Assembly (NCBI GenBank): GCA_017635615.1
Contig: JAGBLC010000151.1
Span: forward strand, 1-39,279
Source of the DNA: Prevotella sp.
GTDB lineage: Bacteria; Bacteroidota; Bacteroidia; Bacteroidales; Bacteroidaceae
Direction: 5' to 3'
Length of the DNA: 39,279 nucleotides
Below, piece after piece: positions 18,313-27,140 of this stretch. The notes under the pieces are model-generated. The model had not been told where the DNA came from, ran no database searches, and saw only the letters and a program-made list of their open reading frames with translations. Each line of letters begins with the position of its first letter. Position 1 is the first letter of the stretch. A program made the position numbers and the translations under genes.

Positions 18313-19905
18313 TCAGATTTTCTTCTTTTGGTCTTCAAGGATGAGGCGTAGGAGCTGCTGCACGGCGTCCTGTTCGGGGATATTCTTCAGGACGCACTCC
18401 TTGCCGCGATAGAGAGAAATCTTTCCCCGGGCGGCTCCGACGTAGCCGTAGTCGGCATCGGCCATCTCGCCCGGTCCGTTGACGATGCACCCCATGATGC
18501 CTATCTTCAGTCCGACCATGCCCTTGGTGGCCTCCTTGATTTTCTTGATGGTGGTCTGCAGGTCGTAGAGGGTGCGTCCGCAGCCGGGACAGGAGATATA
18601 CTCCGTCTTGGTGAACTTGATGCGCGCTGCCTGGAGGATGCTGTCGGCCAGGGCGGTCAGCTGTTCGTGGGTAAAGTTTTTGTTCGTGATGGTGAGACGA
18701 TGGGCCTTCTGGTCGATGAAAAGCGCACCGACGGCCATCGCTGCTTTCAGCTGGAATGTCTCCCAGTCGGGTTCGTCGAGACAAAGGGTGACGGTGTCGT
18801 CGTTGAGCGAAGCCTCAGCCTGCGCACGCAGGTAGGTGCATTCGCCGATGCTCTCCACCAGTTTGCGGGCTACGGGTATCTCGTATTCGGGGTCTTCGCT
18901 CAGCGAGACGCGGATGGTGTCGCCGATGCCTTCGGTGAGCAGTGCTCCGATGCCGACGGCACTCTTGATACGACCGTCCTCTCCCTCGCCAGCCTCGGTG
19001 ACGCCGAGGTGGAGGGGGTAGTGCATGTCTTCACTGTCCATCGCCTTGACGAGCAGTCGGACGGACTGCACCATGACGACGGTGTTGGAGGCTTTGATGC
19101 TGATGACGACGTTCTGAAAGTCTTCGCGCTGGCAGATGCGCAGGAACTCCATACAACTCTCGACGATGCCTTCGGGTGTGTCGCCGTAGCGCGACATGAT
19201 GCGGTCGGAGAGCGACCCGTGGTTGACGCCGATACGGATGGCGGTGTGGTGCTCGCGGCAGATGTTGAGGAAGGGAACAAAGCGCTCCTCTATCTTCCGG
19301 AGCTCAGCCTGGTATTCCTCGTCGGTGTACTCCAGGTGCCGGAACGTGCGGGCGGGGTCGACATAGTTGCCGGGATTGATGCGCACCTTCTCGACATAGC
19401 GTGCTGCCACGTCGGCCACATTGGGATTGAAGTGGACATCGGCCACCAAAGGTGTCATGAAGCCTTGCAGACGCAGCTCGCGCACAATGTTCTGCAAGTT
19501 CTCGGCCTCACGAGTGCCTTGTGTGGTGAGACGCACCAGTTCGCCGCCCATCATGATGATGCGCTTGGCCTGTTCGACGCAGCCCTGGGTATCGTTGGTG
19601 TCGGTGGTGGTCATCGACTGGATGCGGATGGGGTTGTCGCCGCCGATGGCGGTGTTGCCCACCTGTGCAACGGTGGTGGGGCGACGGAGGAAGGGCCGAG
19701 GGGCGGGGTCGCCATTTAATGGCGACTGAACAGACGGGACATTCGATGCATTCGATGGCGACTGAACAGACGGGACATTCGATGCATTCGATGGCGACTG
19801 AACAGACGGGACATTCGATGCATTCGATGGCGACTGAACAGACGGGACATTCGAGGCACTCAACGGGGACTGAAGAGACGGGGCATCAGTTGGTTTTGTA
19901 GTCAT
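18313..19905 (-). CDS. ispG: (E)-4-hydroxy-3-methylbut-2-enyl-diphosphate synthase IspG, with repeat-derived N-terminal extension
   Basis: IRIQSMTTTDT, PLVADVHF, RINPGN, IRIGVNHGSLS, YISCPGCGRT, IMGCIVNGPGE. Start uncertain: the only in-frame ATGs upstream of the conserved core are 19914 and 19905, inside the purE 3' end. Confidence 0.93.
   Translation of the reverse strand: MTTKPTDAPSLQSPLSASNVPSVQSPSNASNVPSVQSPSNASNVPSVQSPSNASNVPSVQSPLNGDPAPRPFLRRPTTVAQVGNTAIGGDNPIRIQSMTTTDTNDTQGCVEQAKRIIMMGGELVRLTTQGTREAENLQNIVRELRLQGFMTPLVADVHFNPNVADVAARYVEKVRINPGNYVDPARTFRHLEYTDEEYQAELRKIEERFVPFLNICREHHTAIRIGVNHGSLSDRIMSRYGDTPEGIVESCMEFLRICQREDFQNVVISIKASNTVVMVQSVRLLVKAMDSEDMHYPLHLGVTEAGEGEDGRIKSAVGIGALLTEGIGDTIRVSLSEDPEYEIPVARKLVESIGECTYLRAQAEASLNDDTVTLCLDEPDWETFQLKAAMAVGALFIDQKAHRLTITNKNFTHEQLTALADSILQAARIKFTKTEYISCPGCGRTLYDLQTTIKKIKEATKGMVGLKIGIMGCIVNGPGEMADADYGYVGAARGKISLYRGKECVLKNIPEQDAVQQLLRLILEDQKKKI
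19719..19885. repeat. 36-bp tandem repeat (about 4.6 copies) encoding SNASNVPSVQSP
   Basis: GGCGACTGAACAGACGGGACATTCGATGCATTCGAT units at 19721, 19757, 19793; diverged units at 19829 and 19865. Confidence 0.93.
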
Positions 19906-20395
19906 AGTGGACATCTTTTAGGTCGTTGTTGGCTTTCTCAATCTTCTTGCCGAGGTTGGCTTTATATTGGCGCATCTTCTCAGCCAGCTGGCTGTCGGCG
20001 AGGGCTATCATCTGGCAGGCCAGAATGGCGGCGTTCATCGCGCCGTTGATGGCCACGGTGGCCACGGGGATGCCCGGAGGCATTTGCAGGATACTGTAGA
20101 GAGCGTCCATGCCGTCGAGGACACTACCCTTGATGGGCACACCGACGACGGGCAGGGTGGTGCTGGCAGCAATGACGCCCGGCAGTGCGGCCGCCATGCC
20201 GGCACCGGCTATGATGACGCGGACACCACGCCCTTCGGCGTTCTTGGCGAACTGCTCGACGGCTTCGGGTGTACGGTGGGCTGAGAGTGCGTTCACTTCG
20301 AACGGCACTTCCATATCATTCAGGAATGTCATGGCTTTCTCCATGACGGGCAGATCGCTGGTGCTGCCCATGATGATGCTTACAACTGGAGACAT
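19886..20395 (-). CDS. purE: N5-carboxyaminoimidazole ribonucleotide mutase PurE
   Basis: IIMGSTSDLPVM, SAHRTP, IIAGAGMAAALPG, SILQMPPGIPVATV. Confidence 0.97.
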   Translation of the reverse strand: MSPVVSIIMGSTSDLPVMEKAMTFLNDMEVPFEVNALSAHRTPEAVEQFAKNAEGRGVRVIIAGAGMAAALPGVIAASTTLPVVGVPIKGSVLDGMDALYSILQMPPGIPVATVAINGAMNAAILACQMIALADSQLAEKMRQYKANLGKKIEKANNDLKDVHYDYKTN

Positions 20396-20435
20396 ATTTT
20401 GAAAATTATAAAATTAAACATTGGACATTTGAGAA

Positions 20436-23400
20436 TTAATAGCGGGCTACCTTTTTATGGTTCTTGCCTTGCAGGCGTCCTTCGGCCGAGCGGATGATGT
20501 AGATGCCTTTGCCGTGCGGAGAGGCGACGGGGCGGCCTTGGAGGTCGTAGAGAGGTTGACGAGACAGAGTCTCGCCGTACTGAACCGACTGGATGGGGGT
20601 CGGGATAGCGGGGGCTTCGGTGATAGCGTAGGTAGCAGTGTTGAAGTCGAGCGTCAGGCGATAGGTGGTTTGCTGTGTCGGAGCTGAGATATGCCATGCA
20701 TATCCTGCATTACTGATACCAAACGTTCCCGACATATTATCGCCATTTTCCATCGGACGGAGAATATTGGACCATGGGTCATCGGAAGTCAGCGCCGATG
20801 CGGGGAAGATGTTGAACCAGTCGTCCTGCCCGGCCGGTATGGTGATGTCTATCTGGAAGCGCGGGTCGCTGGCCCATTGGTCGCCGCTGAGACAGGTCAT
20901 CGGCATGGAGAGGTTGTTGAAATCCCAGAGCGTCTGACTGCCGACATAATAGTAATGCTCTTCGACGGGCATGCTGAGCATCTGCACCGTTAGCGTGAAC
21001 GGTTCAGACTTGAATGTACGGGCAAGATCGCGCTGTATGCCTGCCATGACGGCCTGGACCTCTGCGTTGTGCAAGCCATACTGTCCAAACCTCCGCTTCA
21101 TGGCAGCGACAAACGATTCGGTATTCACCTCGCCCTGCTCGTTGATGACGAACTCTTCGTCGCCAATAACCAGGTGGAGCTGGCTCACCTCGACATCTTC
21201 GGGCATGACGATGTCACACAGTTTGATAGTCGCTGTGGTGGCATTGAGATGCACCACATCCACGGGTGCCACTTCTATCTGACGGTAGTTTCTGCTGAAG
21301 AGCTGCGGGAGCAATCCCGTCGTGGCATCCGCAAACTGATAGTAGCCGGTCATGTCGTCGAAGAAGACGACATAGTTGCCCTTCCTGACAGGTATTGTCT
21401 GCGAAGCATCGGTGGCATAGCCATAGGGGAAAGCCTCGCCACCCACCTTTGCCGTCTCATTGCCGTCGGGGCGGAAGTATACGGTGTCGTCGCCGTCGAA
21501 CGATACGCGTGCGTACCATACATGATTATAGGGATTAGCCGGGTTGCAGGAAGTCATCTCTGTGACGACGCTTCCACGTAAACCCGATGCCATCACCATG
21601 CTGGTATAGACGGGCCATCCTTGATCGGAGACCTGCATGCAATAGGCTGACCCCCACTGCGGATATACCTGGAATGTATACCAGCCCGTCTCGTAGATAT
21701 TGATATTCTCGCCCCCTTCTGAAATGCGCAAGCCGTAAACCGACCCATCGTTCGACTTTACACACTCTTCCCAACTGCCAGGCTTATTGACCATCACGAA
21801 GGAGTCGCCCTCATGGAAATAGCCCGTGTAGACACTACTGCCATCGGCGTTGATATTCATCGGGAACATCGACTGGCCGAGTTTCGAGATGCTGTTATCC
21901 CATTGTCCGTCGCCGATACAGTTGCCAACGAAATACCAAGGCTGGGGCATCTGCTCGTAGCGGTTGTCGTAGGCCTTCAGGTTCAGTTCGACGGTGTTGG
22001 ATACGGCACTGTTTGTGACACAGCGCGCATAGACCTTGACCGATGTGCTGAGGTAAGCTTGGTCGTTGTTGGACAACAAGAAACTGTTCAGGTTGCGTGC
22101 ATCGACCCATACTTCGAAAGCATCGGCATTGGGAGCGAACGATGTTTTCGGGTCGTTGAAATCGGGGTTCACCGACAGCTCTAAGCTGCATTTCATATTT
22201 CCCTCCTCTGGCAGGTTCGACGGACGCTGCCAAGAAAGGCGCATGGCATCGACTGATGACAGGTCGACGATCTCTGATCCAAAAGCAGGCGTATTGAGGA
22301 CAAAGTCGTCGGGAATGAAGTTCGGGTCGCTGTAGCCCGTGTTCTGCGTGTACTGCGGATGCTCTACGAGTACCTCTTCGGGCATCGGCATCAAGTTGCG
22401 GAATGCCTTCAAGGCTTGCCCGGAATCTGTTCCGCCTTTGCCTGTCCACAAATAGTCGTCGCCGGCGAAAAGTCCGAAGCGGATGAGATGGGAGCGGCGT
22501 TGCCCTTCGAGATAGAACTCGCGGCACCACTCGTCGGCCAGGTCGCTCAGCGTCGCCTCTGCGAGCGTCGTGGCATGGGCGCGCTGACGGAGGGCATTCA
22601 GCTTCTCCAGTCCGTCGTCGGTGCAAGCACCTCCGTTCTGGCGGGCATCGGCTTCGGCATAGCAGAGATAGGCCTCAGCCACACGCATCAGCGGGAAGTC
22701 GGTATCAGGAAATTGTTCGGAGGATGCTGTGCCGTAGACACAATTGTTGGTGAACTTGTCGATGCTGAAACCATCGGTAAAGTTCGAGCCCAGCTGTTGG
22801 CCTTGCAGACGGCCGATGCCATAGAGCAGACAGCGGTCGTCGCCGGCAGCTGCAACTGTTCCCTCGGTAGACTGGCTGGGAATGTCTTCGGCTTGGAAGA
22901 ACTTTGTGAGCAGGCTGTAGCGGGCATAATAGCCAGCCCAGGAGCTGCTCAGTCCGCACGGAGGCATGTCGGAAGCATGGGTGGCCGAGATGACGAACAT
23001 CGTATTGCCGTAATCATACTGTGTCAGTCCATCGACGACGGCCGGCAGGATGATTTCGCTCTGCGCCCCGTTCGAGTCGTTGTCGCCCATGAAGAGGTAA
23101 GAATAATGGTCACAGAGAGCATAGTCGCTGTCGATGACCAGCTGTGCATAGTCCTTGGCCTGCTGCCACCTGGCCGTGCCTGTATACACCTCGGCATTGA
23201 GATAGAGGCGCGCCAGCAGCAGCCAGGCAGCCACCCGGTCGGCCCGACCATACTGCGAATCAGCGGGCAAAGCCATGTCATCGGCACACGATGTCAGCTC
23301 TTGTGTCACGAACTCGAACACTTCCTGCCGGCTCGACCTTGTAGCAGGACTGTCGGCGGCCGTCTTCCACAGAGGCATGTCGCCCCACAGGTCGATGGCA

Positions 23401-23813
23401 AGGCTATAGTAGTAGGCACGCAGGAAGCGGGCCTCGGCACGTTGACGCTTGCTCTCAGCATCGTCGTCGGAGGTGTTGTCGAGGAACTCGTTGCACTTCA
23501 GAATATTGTATTCCAGTCGGCGGTACATACCCAAGACCAGCGGGTTGTCGCTTTCCGGCATGGCTGAGGCCAATTCGGTCAATCCAGGGTCGCGCCAGAT
23601 AGTGTACACCACATCGGTGGTCAACTCGTTGAGGTTGATGAGCTGTCGGATAAAGTTGCAAGAACCCTCGTCCATCCCATTGATGTCAGGGTAGCTCCCG
23701 CTGCCCGAAAGCGACAGTCGGCTGTAGAGGTTACGAAAGGCTTCCTGCTGGTCGAAAGCCTGTGTTGCCTGTAAGGAAAGCATACAGATGAAGATAAAGA
23801 TTATTTTTTTCAT
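20436..23813 (-). CDS. Orphan fusion protein: SusD/RagB domain + SusE/SusF-like modules + T9SS C-terminal domain
   Basis: SPI-type signal (..LQATQA); SusD motifs AEARFLRAYYY, AAWLLLARLYLNAEVY, FPLMRVAEAYL, REFYLEGQRRSHLIRFG, QNTGY; then FVLNTPAF.., WYFVGNCIGDGQW, YYYVGSQTLW modules; tail LYDLQGRPV..GIYII..KKV. Confidence 0.78.
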   Translation of the reverse strand: MKKIIFIFICMLSLQATQAFDQQEAFRNLYSRLSLSGSGSYPDINGMDEGSCNFIRQLINLNELTTDVVYTIWRDPGLTELASAMPESDNPLVLGMYRRLEYNILKCNEFLDNTSDDDAESKRQRAEARFLRAYYYSLAIDLWGDMPLWKTAADSPATRSSRQEVFEFVTQELTSCADDMALPADSQYGRADRVAAWLLLARLYLNAEVYTGTARWQQAKDYAQLVIDSDYALCDHYSYLFMGDNDSNGAQSEIILPAVVDGLTQYDYGNTMFVISATHASDMPPCGLSSSWAGYYARYSLLTKFFQAEDIPSQSTEGTVAAAGDDRCLLYGIGRLQGQQLGSNFTDGFSIDKFTNNCVYGTASSEQFPDTDFPLMRVAEAYLCYAEADARQNGGACTDDGLEKLNALRQRAHATTLAEATLSDLADEWCREFYLEGQRRSHLIRFGLFAGDDYLWTGKGGTDSGQALKAFRNLMPMPEEVLVEHPQYTQNTGYSDPNFIPDDFVLNTPAFGSEIVDLSSVDAMRLSWQRPSNLPEEGNMKCSLELSVNPDFNDPKTSFAPNADAFEVWVDARNLNSFLLSNNDQAYLSTSVKVYARCVTNSAVSNTVELNLKAYDNRYEQMPQPWYFVGNCIGDGQWDNSISKLGQSMFPMNINADGSSVYTGYFHEGDSFVMVNKPGSWEECVKSNDGSVYGLRISEGGENINIYETGWYTFQVYPQWGSAYCMQVSDQGWPVYTSMVMASGLRGSVVTEMTSCNPANPYNHVWYARVSFDGDDTVYFRPDGNETAKVGGEAFPYGYATDASQTIPVRKGNYVVFFDDMTGYYQFADATTGLLPQLFSRNYRQIEVAPVDVVHLNATTATIKLCDIVMPEDVEVSQLHLVIGDEEFVINEQGEVNTESFVAAMKRRFGQYGLHNAEVQAVMAGIQRDLARTFKSEPFTLTVQMLSMPVEEHYYYVGSQTLWDFNNLSMPMTCLSGDQWASDPRFQIDITIPAGQDDWFNIFPASALTSDDPWSNILRPMENGDNMSGTFGISNAGYAWHISAPTQQTTYRLTLDFNTATYAITEAPAIPTPIQSVQYGETLSRQPLYDLQGRPVASPHGKGIYIIRSAEGRLQGKNHKKVARY
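20461..20493. repeat. Short variant of the CCGCTCGGCC(C)GAAGG(G)ACGC...AAGAA element, in frame in the T9SS tail (RSAEGRLQGKN)
   Basis: TTCTT...GCGTCCTTCGGCCGAGCGG shares both ends with the 45-bp elements at 24549 and 31781. Confidence 0.7.
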
Positions 23814-23868
23814 ATTCTTTTTTATTTCGGTATATTGTTATTACGTTATTTCGTTTACTCGGAGGAGG

Positions 23869-24486
23869 TTATACGTGAATGACGGCGAAGATCGCGATGA
23901 CCAGTCCGATGAGGAAGCCCGTCACCACCTGTTGCAGCGAGTGCTGTCGGAGCACCATTCGCGCCGTACCCACCATGCCTGCCAGAAGGATGATGAGGCA
24001 GAACCACCACGTGGGGTTGAACATGAACATAACAGAGAAGGCGAGCAAAGCGCCGGCCACCCCTCCGATAGCTGCTGTGTGGGTGCTCACTTTCCACCAT
24101 AGGTTGATGATCGCGCATACCACCTGTATACCCAGAGCGGCCACGATGATGCTGCTCATGAAGTGGGGAATGTGCAGGAGGTTCATCAGGTAGTAGCACA
24201 GGAAATAGCACAGGATGGCGATGACGTAGGGTATCATGCGGCGCTCCTTTATGCCCAACTCAATACGTGACCAGCCCTGATAGCGGCGGTAGACGCGTAT
24301 GAGGAAGGTGGGCAGCAGTACGGTGCAGAGATAAACCACAACCAGCACGGAGAGCTTGTAGCCCAAGGGCAGCAAGCTCAGATAGCTGAACACGAAGAGG
24401 ATGGCCAGCCCGACAATGGCTAAATAGAACGGGCTGAACAAGGCGCTGATGGCCTTTGCTGCGTATATGATGTTTCTTTCTTTCAC
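23869..24486 (-). CDS. Conserved integral membrane protein (PAP2-superfamily-like C-terminus)
   Basis: About six hydrophobic helices; WWKVSTHTAAIGG and ARMVLRQHSLQQV motifs; GTG start. Confidence 0.75.
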   Translation of the reverse strand: MKERNIIYAAKAISALFSPFYLAIVGLAILFVFSYLSLLPLGYKLSVLVVVYLCTVLLPTFLIRVYRRYQGWSRIELGIKERRMIPYVIAILCYFLCYYLMNLLHIPHFMSSIIVAALGIQVVCAIINLWWKVSTHTAAIGGVAGALLAFSVMFMFNPTWWFCLIILLAGMVGTARMVLRQHSLQQVVTGFLIGLVIAIFAVIHV

Positions 24487-24548
24487 TTTCGATGAATATT
24501 GCTACGGTAGAACCTCAGCACAATACACTTAACTTTGAACATTAAACG

Positions 24549-24593
24549 TTCTTTCTCCGCTTCGCTTTGAAAGCGTCCCTTCGGGCCGAGCGG
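24549..24593 (-). repeat. 45-bp dispersed element, copy 1
   Basis: Reverse complement matches 31781-31825 at 44/45 positions. Confidence 0.9.
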
Positions 24594-24626
24594 AACATTC
24601 TTTCTCTGCTACGAGAATACTTTTTT

Positions 24627-26147
24627 TCAGGTCCTTCGCATCCGTGCGGTAGGGATGCCGAGCTGCCCGCGATATTTCGCCACGGTGCGGCGGGCGATAG
24701 GGAAGCCCCGCTCTTTCAGCTGGAGGGCCAGCTGGTCGTCGCTGAGAGGATGCTGTTTGTCCTCATGGTCGACGATGTCTTGCAATTCGTTCTTGATCTG
24801 ATGGACTGACAGTTCCTCGCCGTCGGCTGTCTTAACGCCTTCGCTGAAGAAGTGGCGCAACCGGAAGATGCCCCATCGTGTCTGGCAGTATTTCGAGTTG
24901 CAGACACGCGAGATGGTGCTGATGTCGAGCCCGGTCCGCTCGGCGATGTCTTTCAGCACCATCGGCCGCAGGTCGTTCTCGTCGCCATATTCGAAAAACT
25001 TCCTTTGCCAGTCGATGATACTCCTCATCGTTGTGTAGAGCGTGTGTCGTCGCTGCTGCAGGGCAGTGATATAGCCTTGAGCACGGTCTATCTTGTCGCG
25101 GGCGTAGACGTATGCCTCTTTCTCCTGTCGGTTGAGCGGACTCTTCTTTTGTTGGAATCCCTTGACGATGTCGCTGAACATGGGCGACACCGTCAGTTGA
25201 GGTACCCGTCCGGTAGCGACGACGATCGAGACATTGCCACCATCGTCGGTGTCGACGATGAAGTCGGGCGTTATCTGCTGCGTGCTGCGCCCCTCCGTCT
25301 CGCCCATAGCCGCTCCGGGTTTGGGATTGAGTCGCAGTATCTCGCGCTGCACCTCGCGCGCTGCCTCGTCGGTGATGCCGACAGCATCGGCGATGGCGCT
25401 CCAGTTGTTGTGCGTAAAATCGTCGTAGTGCTGGTCGATTACCTTCTTCATCAGCTTGAGCATCACGGCCGACCCCTCGTTGTTCTCACGCTTCCGCTCT
25501 ATCTGTATGAGCAGGCATTCCTGCAGCGAGCGTGCGCCGATGCCTGGCGGGTCGAAAGTCTGCATAAGTTCTATTAGCTGCCGGATTTCGGCCTCTTCTA
25601 TATATATATTATGGTATAGGGCCAGTTCGTCGCTCAGGGTGGAGAGGTCTTTGCGCAGCAGACCGTCGCTGTCGAGTGAGCCGATGAGATATTCCATCAC
25701 CTCCTGCTGCTGTTCGCTCAGTGAGAGTTCGCCCATCTGTTCGCGCAGCGTGTCGTAGAACGATGTCTGTTCGCCATAGACCATCGTCTCACGCTCAGCA
25801 TCGTCGGTATAGTACGAGCGCGCCGATGGCATCTCGTCGTCGCCTCCGAGCCGTTCCAGCGCATCGTTCATAGCCTGTTGGCGCTCTTCCTGTTCAAAGG
25901 TATCGTCGGGCCATTCCTCCGCGTTCTCTCCCCCTTCGCTCCCCGTAGCCGTCTCGTCGCTGGCCATGCTGCTCTCATCGATGCTCAGAGCGGGGTTGTC
26001 GTCTATCTCAGTCCTGACATTCTCCTCCAATTCAGCCAAGGGCATTTCAAGCAGTTTGACCTGCAGGATTTGCTGGGCCGACAACCGTTGTTGCTGGACG
26101 AGTCTTTGTTCTTGGGTTTGTATCTGTCCTGTTGATGTTTTCATCAT
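24627..26147 (-). CDS. rpoN: RNA polymerase sigma-54 factor
   Basis: Gln-rich region I, DPPGIGARSLQECLLIQ, HTH LKDIAERTGLDISTISRV, RpoN box ARRTVAKYR. Confidence 0.97.
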   Translation of the reverse strand: MMKTSTGQIQTQEQRLVQQQRLSAQQILQVKLLEMPLAELEENVRTEIDDNPALSIDESSMASDETATGSEGGENAEEWPDDTFEQEERQQAMNDALERLGGDDEMPSARSYYTDDAERETMVYGEQTSFYDTLREQMGELSLSEQQQEVMEYLIGSLDSDGLLRKDLSTLSDELALYHNIYIEEAEIRQLIELMQTFDPPGIGARSLQECLLIQIERKRENNEGSAVMLKLMKKVIDQHYDDFTHNNWSAIADAVGITDEAAREVQREILRLNPKPGAAMGETEGRSTQQITPDFIVDTDDGGNVSIVVATGRVPQLTVSPMFSDIVKGFQQKKSPLNRQEKEAYVYARDKIDRAQGYITALQQRRHTLYTTMRSIIDWQRKFFEYGDENDLRPMVLKDIAERTGLDISTISRVCNSKYCQTRWGIFRLRHFFSEGVKTADGEELSVHQIKNELQDIVDHEDKQHPLSDDQLALQLKERGFPIARRTVAKYRGQLGIPTARMRRT

Positions 26148-26170
26148 AAACTCCTATAATTTCTTGGAAA

Positions 26171-26193
26171 GCGTCGGCTCTGCCTATGCCCTC
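26171..26193. repeat. CGTCGGCTCTGCC(G/T)AT hairpin element, intergenic copy
   Basis: Near-identical to copies at 26521-26543 and 28559-28575, which lie in CDSs. Confidence 0.75.
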
Positions 26194-26210
26194 GTTCCCA
26201 CACTCCTCTT

Positions 26211-26888
26211 TCAGACAAAATACGCTTTCAGCTGTGCGGCCAGGGCTGCCAGCTTCTCGGGTTTGTCGTTGCCGAAACGTTGCCATATCAGCCTGCAAGG
26301 TAGCAAGAACTCACTCACCATCATGGCATCGCGCTTCAGGTAGGGATCGCAAATCTGGAACACGTCCATCACCTCGACAACCGTCTCAGCCGTTATGTCC
26401 AACAGGCGTGCCAGTGCTTTCACTTCGGGAGTGGAAGCGACCATCGTTGTCGGGGTCAGGCGGAAATACTGGTCGAGAATCATAATCAAGTGGACGGGCA
26501 TCATACCTCTCGTTCCATAAGCGTCGGCTCTGCCGATACCCTCCAAGGGCATGAAGTCTTGCTCCCATTCGGCCACCGTCTCTTCCACACCATCGTAGAA
26601 CACATCGGCGTTGCGGAAGCCCTTCATCTGTCGCAGCATCTTCACACCCTTGGCCAGGCGTCTCGGGCTGTTGCCATACTGCTGCCAAAGGCGTTCCATA
26701 CGCGGGGTCTCTATCTGCCTGAGCTTCATCATCTGCTCGTACAGCACCTGCGGATGGAGGTGCAGTTCAAGGGCGAGGTCCACCATCGGGCGAGAGTAGA
26801 TAGGCTTCACGCCGACGGGCTTGAACAAGTAGAGTTGCATCAGCAGCAACCAGTCTTCGTCGTTCCATGTGGGATGTTTTGTTGCCAT
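26211..26888 (-). CDS. Hypothetical protein with two internal repeats of a helical domain
   Basis: Start at ATG 26888 (MATKHPTW) just downstream of a -7 element; two similar halves (LLLMQLYLFKP..RPMVDLALEL..LWQQYGNSPRRLA and IMILDQYFRLTP..TPEVKALARLL..IWQRFGNDKPEKLA). Confidence 0.75.
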   Translation of the reverse strand: MATKHPTWNDEDWLLLMQLYLFKPVGVKPIYSRPMVDLALELHLHPQVLYEQMMKLRQIETPRMERLWQQYGNSPRRLAKGVKMLRQMKGFRNADVFYDGVEETVAEWEQDFMPLEGIGRADAYGTRGMMPVHLIMILDQYFRLTPTTMVASTPEVKALARLLDITAETVVEVMDVFQICDPYLKRDAMMVSEFLLPCRLIWQRFGNDKPEKLAALAAQLKAYFV

Positions 26889-26907
26889 ACGCTCCGTATT
26901 TTTACGG

Positions 26908-27090
26908 CAAAGGTACGAATAAGTGAGCGAAAAACAAAAAAAAGCAAAGAAAAGTTGCTTTTTTTCGGGCTTTTCCGAACGGAAGTACCTTCGGCGCAAG
27001 CCAAAGGTACGAATAAGTGAGAACAATACAAAATAAAAAACGATTTTTTTATTATTATTGTCGAACGGAAGTACCTTCGGCGGAAGCCAA
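26908..27090 (-). repeat. Tandemly duplicated promoter-bearing element
   Basis: CAAAGGTACGAATAAGTGAG at 26908 and 27002; CGAACGGAAGTACCTTCGGCG at 26976 and 27062; each CAAAGGTA is a minus-strand TACCTTTG -7 box. Confidence 0.85.
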
Positions 27091-27140
27091 TCACCCAGCA
27101 AGGTCCGGTAAGACAGGGCTCAGCCACGTCAATCGCCGCC

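Noticed and set aside
19719-19885. 36-bp array as a CRISPR (length matches Bacteroidota repeats)
   Set aside because: No spacers; units are head-to-tail and in frame with ispG.
26889-27101. 71-aa N-terminal extension of the hypothetical protein
   Set aside because: Runs through the promoter repeat cassette; F/K-rich translation of non-coding DNA.
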